From contig VGMT01000010.1 in assembly GCA_016866335.1 (NCBI GenBank), positions 3,144 through 67,143 of the forward strand: a stretch of 64,000 bases of DNA, read 5' to 3'. Shown piece after piece: positions 37,827 to 44,582 of the stretch (the stretch's first letter is position 1; each line of letters opens with the position of its first letter). The notes below the pieces were generated by a model. That model did no database searches and had not been told where the DNA came from. It was given only the letters and a program-made list of their open reading frames with translations. The DNA comes from Bacteroidota bacterium. GTDB taxonomy: Bacteria > Bacteroidota > Bacteroidia > CAIKAF01. The translations under genes were made by a program, and so were the position numbers.

Positions 37827-37884
37827 AAATCATAAATAGTCCAGCATTCGTGGCTAAAATATCCGGGCGTTTGCCAACCAAAAA

Positions 37885-39273
37885 ATGCAGACCTTTGCAA
37901 AAAAACGCGTGCATTCTGAGCATACCATAGCCGCACTTTCTACGCCGCTTGGCGGGGGGATTGCCTTAATTCGGGTAAGCGGTCCCCACAGCTGGACGGC
38001 GGTTAGGCAGTTTTTCAGTCCCATGGGGAAGAAACCTTCTCCCTGGAGCCACCGGCTGGCCCTGGTTGGAAATTGGATGGACGGGGAAGAGGTATTGGAC
38101 CAAGTGGTTCTGCTGCCTTTTAAAGGCCCGAACTCCTTTACCGGCGAAGATTTGGTTGAAATCAGTTTTCATGCTTCGCCCTATGTGGTCGAGCGGGCCT
38201 TGCATCAAATGGCCGGACTTGGCATTCGGCCGGCCCAAGCGGGGGAATTTACCCGTAGGGCATTTATGAACGGTAAAATGGACCTGGCTCAGGCCGAAGC
38301 GGTGGCCGATTTGCTCTCGGCCAGCCACAAAGCCGCCGTGCGCTTGGCCATGCAGCACCTCGGCGGAGCCTTTTCAAACCGCATTGCCCAAATGCGGCTA
38401 GGTCTGCTGGATTTTTGCGCTTTGCTTGAACTGGAACTGGATTTCTCGGAAGAAGACGTTGAATTTGCCTCGCGCAGCGACCTGGCAGAACGCATACAGC
38501 AGATTGAACAGCAAATTCAGGCATTGCTGCAGACCTACAGCATGGGCAGGGCCATAAAGCAAGGCATTCCCGTGGCCATTGTGGGCAGGCCAAATGCGGG
38601 CAAAAGCACCTTGCTGAACGCCTTACTGCAAGAGGAACGGGCCTTGGTATCTGACATTCCCGGCACCACCCGCGATACGGTAGAAGACGAGTTGATTTTA
38701 GAGGGCATTCGGTTTCGGTTTATTGACACAGCGGGAATCCGCGACACCCAAGACCCCATTGAAAAACTGGGCATAGAACGCAGTTTCGATGCCCTGCGCC
38801 GCTCGGGAATGGTCTTGCATTTGGGCGATGCTCAAAGCCAATCGCTGGAAGAGTTTGAGCTGGAAGAGGCTGACTGGAGGGAACGGCTAGGGTTGGAAGA
38901 CAAGCCCATTTTTCGGATTTGGAACAAGATGGATGTGCCTGGGGCACAAAAGCCGGCAGCGGGTGGTATAGCGATTTCGGCGCGGAACGGCGATGGTCTG
39001 GAAGAATTAAAGCAAGCCTTGCTTGATAATCTCGCTGAAATGGGCTACGGCAACCAAGACCTGTTGATTAGTCAGGCCCGGCATAAGGGCTTGTTGGAGC
39101 AGGCTGCCCAAGCATTGGAGCGGGTGCGGCAGCACCTGGAAGCGGGCTACAGCGGCGATCTGCTGGCCTTGGATTTGCGGCAGGCCATGCGTCCGCTGGA
39201 GGAACTTACCGGGCAAATTGGCACGGAAGAAGTGCTGGGGCATATCTTTGGGCGATTTTGCATTGGGAAGTAA
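37885..39273 (+). CDS. mnmE: tRNA modification GTPase MnmE (TrmE)
   Basis: N-terminal TIAALSTPLGGGIALIRVSG. G-domain motifs GRPNAGKST and DTAG. The C-terminus ends in CIGK. Confidence 0.9.
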   Translation: MQTFAKKRVHSEHTIAALSTPLGGGIALIRVSGPHSWTAVRQFFSPMGKKPSPWSHRLALVGNWMDGEEVLDQVVLLPFKGPNSFTGEDLVEISFHASPYVVERALHQMAGLGIRPAQAGEFTRRAFMNGKMDLAQAEAVADLLSASHKAAVRLAMQHLGGAFSNRIAQMRLGLLDFCALLELELDFSEEDVEFASRSDLAERIQQIEQQIQALLQTYSMGRAIKQGIPVAIVGRPNAGKSTLLNALLQEERALVSDIPGTTRDTVEDELILEGIRFRFIDTAGIRDTQDPIEKLGIERSFDALRRSGMVLHLGDAQSQSLEEFELEEADWRERLGLEDKPIFRIWNKMDVPGAQKPAAGGIAISARNGDGLEELKQALLDNLAEMGYGNQDLLISQARHKGLLEQAAQALERVRQHLEAGYSGDLLALDLRQAMRPLEELTGQIGTEEVLGHIFGRFCIGK

Positions 39274-39627
39274 AGGCATACCTGCGCAAATGCCTACCCG
39301 CCTGAACTGTGCAGGCAGAATGCGAGCGGTTTACTTGAAGGTAAGCCGAATATCTTAATAGCGATTTGTTAAGCAAATTATGCGCCAAAAACGCTGACAA
39401 TGCACGCTTGGATAGAAGATGACCAATCCCTAGTTTTTGAAGTATGAAACCCAAAGGAATGAACTTATGCCATAGTTATCTTGCCTTTATCGGGCTACCT
39501 AGGAATTTTAGGTGGTTGCCACTTGAGAATAAAATCATTTGAGGCGAAGCCCATAAATCAATAAACAAAATAACGTGTCATAAAAAGGATAAAAAAACGT
39601 ATATTTGTCCTTTATAAGACAAGTTAA

Positions 39628-39948
39628 ATGAAAACAACCCCTGCTATATTGCCTAAAAACATGAAGATTTTAAAAGATCTGGGTGAGCATATACAGTTAG
39701 CTCGCTTGCGCCGAAAATTGAGTGCAGAGCAAATGGCTGAGCGCGCGGGACTAGGCAGAAAAACGATTTATAATATAGAACAAGGCAGCCCAACTGTTGC
39801 CATTGGAAGGTATTTACAGGTGCTCTTTGTATTGGGATTAGAGAAAGATTTAACCCAAGTTGCAGCCGCAGACCCTTTGGGCCGAAAACTGCAAGATGCC
39901 GGAATCATTACCCATAAGCGTGCACCCAAACAAAACAAAAAGTCATGA
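39628..39948 (+). CDS. XRE-family helix-turn-helix transcriptional regulator
   Basis: HTH LSAEQMAERAGLGRKTIYNIEQG. 106 aa; an internal Met at 39661 is an alternative start. Confidence 0.65.
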   Translation: MKTTPAILPKNMKILKDLGEHIQLARLRRKLSAEQMAERAGLGRKTIYNIEQGSPTVAIGRYLQVLFVLGLEKDLTQVAAADPLGRKLQDAGIITHKRAPKQNKKS

Positions 39949-40129
39949 AGGACATGAAATTTGGAATCAGGAATGGCGAGATTGAACAATTGAAGCCTGC
40001 GTTTCGGTTGGTGGTTCATGCCTAGGTGTAAAAAATGAAACAACTACCATTCCTCTGCGGGTATTTCCCTCGGGGCATGTAGCCATTGCAAAAACCTCCG
40101 GAGCTTAAAGGTCCGGATGGGTTCTGCTG

Positions 40130-41424
40130 TTAATTCGGGACGACCAACCGAAAGCCCCAGTCGTTGGTGCGGTAGGAAGGAAAGCCGGCGCCGCGGCCAG
40201 CCGAGCGGCAAGCCGCGCTGTAGGCGCGCCAGCCGCCCCCACGCAGAACCCGATCCGACCCCGATGATGGACCTTCGGGGTTGGTTTGGGCACCGCTGGA
40301 ATAACCTCCATACCAATCGCTGCACCACTCCCAAACATTACCGTGCATATCGTACAAGCCCCAGGCATTGGGAGCATAGGAGCCCGCGGGCTGGGGTTTT
40401 CCAAGGAATGTTCCTTGTGCGCAGGTGGAATAGGGATAATTGCCATCGTAATTCGCCTCGCTGCTGCTTAAGCAGCTTCCCGTATTGAAGGGGCTTGTGG
40501 TTCCTGCCCGGCAAGCGTATTCCCATTCCGCCTCGGTTGGCAGCCGGCAGCCCATCCATTGGGCAAAGGCCGTGGCGTCGTTCCAATCTACATTAATTAC
40601 TGGCCTATTGCCACGCCCCCACCCTTCATCAGATGGCTTTGTTCTTCCCGTAGCATCGCAAAAGGCGTCGTACTGAGCAAAAGTCACCTCCAACTTGCTC
40701 ATTTTAAACCCGCTTAAAGTCACCGAATGCTGGGGGCCTTCGTTGCTTCCCCGGTCGGATTCAAAACTTGGGCTGCCCATCGTAAAGGTTCCGGCGGGGA
40801 TTGAAACCCATTGAATGATTGGGAAGATAGGATCTATTCCAACAGAAAAGTTTTTAGACCCGTAATTGTTTTGGGAATCATAAACAGTTAAACTGTAATT
40901 CCCAGGCAGTAAGTTGAAGATATTTGGTCCTGTACCTCCGTTTGACCAAGCATATGTATATGGCGGCACACCTCCGTTTACTATTGCGGTGGCAGTGCCA
41001 TCAGCGGTGTAAGGTGTACTGGCTACTGTCGAGTTAACCTGAATGGCTAAAATATTCCCACCTGACAAAACTCCAATTTCAAACGACACCGAGTCTATAA
41101 CTCCGATTGCATCTACAACAACAACATTGTAAAAACCAGGCAACAGGTTGAATCTTAACGAATCTGAGCCACCACCATTTGACCATTGATATACATAGGG
41201 TGGACTCCCCCCCCCTTCACCTGAATAATTGCCTGTCCATTTGCTATACCAAGGCCTGAAGCATCAACCTTAGAAACCGATATAGACAAGACGGAATCTG
41301 GATTAAAACAAGTCCAATTTAGTAAGTTAAATAAAAAAACTACGGACAGTAAACCATAATAATTTCGAGAAAACAAACCCGAATTTTGTTTGACTCTTGA
41401 AGGTGAATTATTAAAAATCTTCAT
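40130..41424 (-). pseudogene. SprB-repeat / formylglycine-generating-enzyme (FGE-sulfatase, SUMF1-like) domain surface protein, frameshifted at a G9 homopolymer
   Basis: Track ORFs 41155..41424 (signal peptide, then ...IIQVKGGGVHP*) and 40130..41143 (SprB repeat GGVPPYTYAWSNGG, then FGE domain ...GFRLV). Removing one G from the G9 run (coding strand; C9 on plus at 41207-41215) reads KGGSPPYVYQWSNGGGSDSLRFNLLPGFYNVVVVDAIG, a perfect SprB repeat continuous with the downstream ORF. Confidence 0.7.
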
Positions 41425-41631
41425 AAATTATGCTATCCATCGTTCTACAAAATTAAATCAGAATACAGTTTAAAAGCAAACCCTATTTTTAATTAACTTA
41501 AAGGTACTCTTTTTTGTACTGCCTTTGCATTATTGTTGTACATGCAGGCATTACCGAATTTTTTCTGCTGTGTCAAGACATCAAAAGCCACACGACACCA
41601 CTAAGAATTAGGGTGCTGTGTTTTGAGGTTG

Positions 41632-41705
41632 TGATCCCATCAGGATTCGAACCTGAGACCTACTGCTTAGAAGGCAGTTGCTCTATCCAGCTGAGCTATG
41701 GGACC
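41632..41705 (-). tRNA. tRNA-Arg (anticodon TCT)
   Basis: Reverse complement GGTCCCATAGCTCAGCTGGATAGAGCAACTGCCTTCTAAGCAGTAGGTCTCAGGTTCGAATCCTGATGGGATCA; anticodon loop CTTCTAA. Confidence 0.85.
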
Positions 41706-41746
41706 TCTTTTGGGCAACAAAAAACCCCGTTTTACCGGGGTTCTTG

Positions 41747-41820
41747 TCGGGGTGGCAGGATTCGAACCTACGACCTCCTGCTCCCAAAGCAGGCGCGATA
41801 CCGGGCTACGCTACACCCCG
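41747..41820 (-). tRNA. tRNA-Pro (anticodon TGG)
   Basis: Reverse complement CGGGGTGTAGCGTAGCCCGGTATCGCGCCTGCTTTGGGAGCAGGAGGTCGTAGGTTCGAATCCTGCCACCCCGA; anticodon loop TTTGGGA. Confidence 0.85.
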
Positions 41821-41828
41821 AAGTCCTT

Positions 41829-41917
41829 GGCGGTGAGGGGGGGATTCGAACCCCCGGTACCATTACTGGTACGGCAGTTTAGCAAACTGCTGGTTTCAGC
41901 CACTCACCCACCTCACC
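41829..41917 (-). tRNA. tRNA-Ser (anticodon GCT), CCA encoded
   Basis: Reverse complement GGTGAGGTGGGTGAGTGGCTGAAACCAGCAGTTTGCTAAACTGCCGTACCAGTAATGGTACCGGGGGTTCGAATCCCCCCCTCACCGCCA. Long variable arm; anticodon loop TTGCTAA. Confidence 0.85.
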
Positions 41918-42168
41918 AAGGTGGACTGCAAAAGTAATCATTCAGGCTTTTCATGCAAATATTTTTTTTGATAAGATTTACCACCCTTGGTAGTTCATTA
42001 ATATACCTAATTTTGATTTGTGAACCCGAAGTTGTTTTCCCTGCTAATCATTTTAGGCCTAGGCATGTATACCTGTGGCTACAACCCATCGCCGGTTCAG
42101 GAACCTACACCCATTTAGGTTCAATCTACCTTTTCTTTTTCTTTGAAAAACAGCGCTTGGAGTTCGGC

Positions 42169-42642
42169 ATGGTCTGCAGAAAATCGGCTTCAAGTCGCCA
42201 TGCCTTCCATTCCCTCAAACCTAAATCCCTTTGCAAACCCAACCTCGACAGGCCAAGCCATTCAACGACAACTCCAATTAATGCGGGAATTTTCGCTGCC
42301 CATTTTCAAACCTGGATTAAGGCAGAAACCCTTCGCCCCTTTTTTAAAACTGCCTTAGCCAAAGGACTTAGTCCCTTGATGGCCTTGTTGGTTCATGCCC
42401 TTAGAGCCGCCCTTGGCCTAATTCTTACCTTTTTTGTGCAGCGCCTTCCTTTGCTTTTAAGCGGCACCGTGGTTATTGAGGTTATGTTTGGCATTCCTGG
42501 GTTTGGTCGGCTGGCCTGGCTGGGGGTTTTAGAAAACGATTCCTCGGTGGTGCTGGGCTGCCTGCTCCTGGCGGCGCTGGCCGGCTGGGTTTCTGTGTAC
42601 CTAAATGGGTTGTTAACCAAATACCGCATTTCAATCCAATGA
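42169..42642 (+). pseudogene. ABC peptide-transporter permease (DppB/OppB-like) C-terminal remnant
   Basis: Only the last roughly 110 aa (LVHALRAALGLILTFFVQRLPLLLSGTVVIEVMFGIPGFGRLAWLGVLENDSSVVLGCLLLAALAGWVSVYLNGLLTKY) resemble the conserved EAA-loop/C-terminal region of DppB/OppB permeases. The upstream portion of the 229-aa track ORF has no permease similarity. Confidence 0.4.
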
Positions 42643-43583
42643 ATTGGGCTGTTCAAATGAGCCGTTGTTGGCTTGGCTTGCTCTTGGTTGCCCTTTTAAT
42701 TTCATGGGGGCTTGATTTGCAGCCCGGTCGAATTCCAATGTTGCAAAGTGCCTTGCCCCCAGGTTCGGCTGAAGCGCCGTTGGGCACCGACCACCTGGGC
42801 CGCCACATTGGTTTAGGAATACTCCAAGGCTTTCAATCCATTCTGGTTTTAGCCGTTCCGTCGTTGCTGCTCAGCCTGATTCTTGCCCTGGCATCGGCCT
42901 ACCTACTTTCTTGCGAGCACCGGCCCTATCTTTCGTTTTTTAATCTTGGAATAGGTCTTAGCAGCGGTTTGATTTTGGCACGCTCCCTTCCTTGGTTATC
43001 GGCCTTTCCCCTTTGGTTGCTGCTGCTGTTGTGCGGCCTATTTTTGGCCTCGTTTTTTCTTCCTGCTTGGGGTCCTGGCATTAGCCTGCCTTTTGTGGGC
43101 CTTATTCGTTTGCTTCAACGTATTCTTTTATCTATTCCGGGTATAGTGCTGTTGTTCAGCCTAAATCCCGATTCATACTTGGAATTAATCGTGCTGCTGG
43201 GCGGAACATCTTGGGTGGCTTTAAGCCAGTTTTCAGAGCGAAGTATGCTTGATTTCTTTGGCAGCACCGAATACCAAAGTGCAAAATCCTTGGGCATTCC
43301 TATGCTGCGCATCGTAGGTAGGCATTTGTTTCGTCGGTTGCTTGAAACGCTTCGGCCTCAGTTGGCATGGCTGCTGGCCGGCTTTATAGTTCTTGAGGGC
43401 AGTTTGGGTTTTTTGGGGCTGGGATTGCCGGCACAGCACTGGGGTTGGGGGCAAATGCTTCGCCTGGGCTTAGGGCATACTGAACTGTGGTGGACCTGGC
43501 TATTTGCCAGCCTGTGCATCTTATTTACGGTGGTTTCGTCGTTTGTTTTGATGCACAATGGGCACAGGCCTAGGGTAAATTAA
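42639..43583 (+). CDS. ABC peptide-transporter permease (DppC/OppC-like), possibly degenerate
   Basis: N-terminal PLGTDHLGRHI matches the DppC/OppC signature (LGTDxLGRD). Multiple TM helices, unusually Leu-rich. The start overlaps the upstream remnant's stop. Confidence 0.5.
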   Translation: MNWAVQMSRCWLGLLLVALLISWGLDLQPGRIPMLQSALPPGSAEAPLGTDHLGRHIGLGILQGFQSILVLAVPSLLLSLILALASAYLLSCEHRPYLSFFNLGIGLSSGLILARSLPWLSAFPLWLLLLLCGLFLASFFLPAWGPGISLPFVGLIRLLQRILLSIPGIVLLFSLNPDSYLELIVLLGGTSWVALSQFSERSMLDFFGSTEYQSAKSLGIPMLRIVGRHLFRRLLETLRPQLAWLLAGFIVLEGSLGFLGLGLPAQHWGWGQMLRLGLGHTELWWTWLFASLCILFTVVSSFVLMHNGHRPRVN

Positions 43584-43624
43584 GTCTGATTTGGGTTTTT
43601 AATAAGGAGTTTTTTTAAAGGTAT

Positions 43625-43795
43625 TTGGGCGGGTTTCGGGCTTTCTGGGCTAGTACGCGGTTGCCGAAAGGCTGGCCCAGCTGGTTTGCGGTGGCTCCTA
43701 AGGTCGCCTCCGCACCTAGCGGGCCAGGCTTCGGCACCCTTGCGCGCTAGCCCTGTCAATCCCGCCCGCGGGCGAAGTAATGCCTTATTATCTTA
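43625..43795 (-). repeat. high-GC intergenic repeat, copy B
   Basis: gtatttgggcgggtttcgggctttctgggctagtacgcggttgcc...ggtggctcctaaggtcgcctccgcacctagcgggccaggcttcggcaccc...caatcccgcccgcggg. This is the reverse complement of copy A. Confidence 0.75.
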
Positions 43796-43834
43796 TTTAA
43801 AAAATTCCCTGAACCCTATGCCACTAGGGCAGTT

Positions 43835-44509
43835 TCAATCCAACAGGTCGGGCCTTCGTTGCCGAGTGCGCTCCAAGGCTTGCTCATGCCTCCATCGGGC
43901 AATTTCGGCCTCGTGTCCGCTCAATAAAACGGGGGGAACAGCATGCCCACGCCAAACCTCGGGTCGGGTGTACACCGGTGGAGCCAGCAACCCATCTTGA
44001 AAGGAGTCGGTCAAGGCACTGGTCTCATCGCTTATTGCACCTGGCAGCAATCGAAACAGGGAATCGACCACCACGGCTGCGGCCAATTCTCCACCCGAAA
44101 GCACGTAGTCGCCAATGCTAATTTCCATGGTTATGTACTGATCTCGAATGCGTTGATCAATGCCTTTGTAGTGGCCACATAACAGCAGCAGGCGTTTACT
44201 AAGGCTTAATCTGTTTGCCATGGGTTGGTTAAACCGGTCTCCGTCAGGACTCAAATAAATGACCTGATCGTAGTGGTTTTTTTCCATCAAGGCATCCAAA
44301 CATTGGCCAAGCGGTTCGCAAGCCATGACCATTCCACCGCCGGCACCGTAGGGATAATCGTCAACGCTTCGGTATTTCCCGGTCCCGTAATCCCGAAGCT
44401 GAATAAGGTTCAATTGGGCAAGGCCCTTATCGACCACCCGCTGGGGAATGGAATGCGACAAAGCCGCCGACACAAGTTCTGGAAACAAACTTACAACATC
44501 CACTATCAT
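43835..44509 (-). CDS. trmD: tRNA (guanine37-N1)-methyltransferase
   Basis: 224 aa. [11 protein letters not shown] start. SPOUT knot motifs ([17 protein letters not shown]). Confidence 0.9.
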   Translation of the reverse strand: MIVDVVSLFPELVSAALSHSIPQRVVDKGLAQLNLIQLRDYGTGKYRSVDDYPYGAGGGMVMACEPLGQCLDALMEKNHYDQVIYLSPDGDRFNQPMANRLSLSKRLLLLCGHYKGIDQRIRDQYITMEISIGDYVLSGGELAAAVVVDSLFRLLPGAISDETSALTDSFQDGLLAPPVYTRPEVWRGHAVPPVLLSGHEAEIARWRHEQALERTRQRRPDLLD

Positions 44510-44582
44510 GCCCGAAAAGTACGGATTTATCGCTGCCTCACAAAAGCAATAGCCTTTCCCATTTTCAAGGGGTTTCGTACCT

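Noticed and set aside
37609-37923. 104-aa minus-strand ORF spanning the AT-rich region and hairpin repeats upstream of mnmE.
   Set aside because: It runs through the repeat cluster and into the mnmE start. Composition is atypical. It is likely non-coding promoter or repeat DNA.
39206-39454. 82-aa minus-strand ORF between mnmE and the XRE gene.
   Set aside because: It overlaps the mnmE 3' end and terminator-like hairpin (aggcatacctgcgcaaatgcct). There are no motifs, so it is probably spurious.
41514-41937. ORFs 41514..41882 and 41698..41937 (+).
   Set aside because: They overlap three well-formed tRNA genes on the opposite strand. They are spurious.
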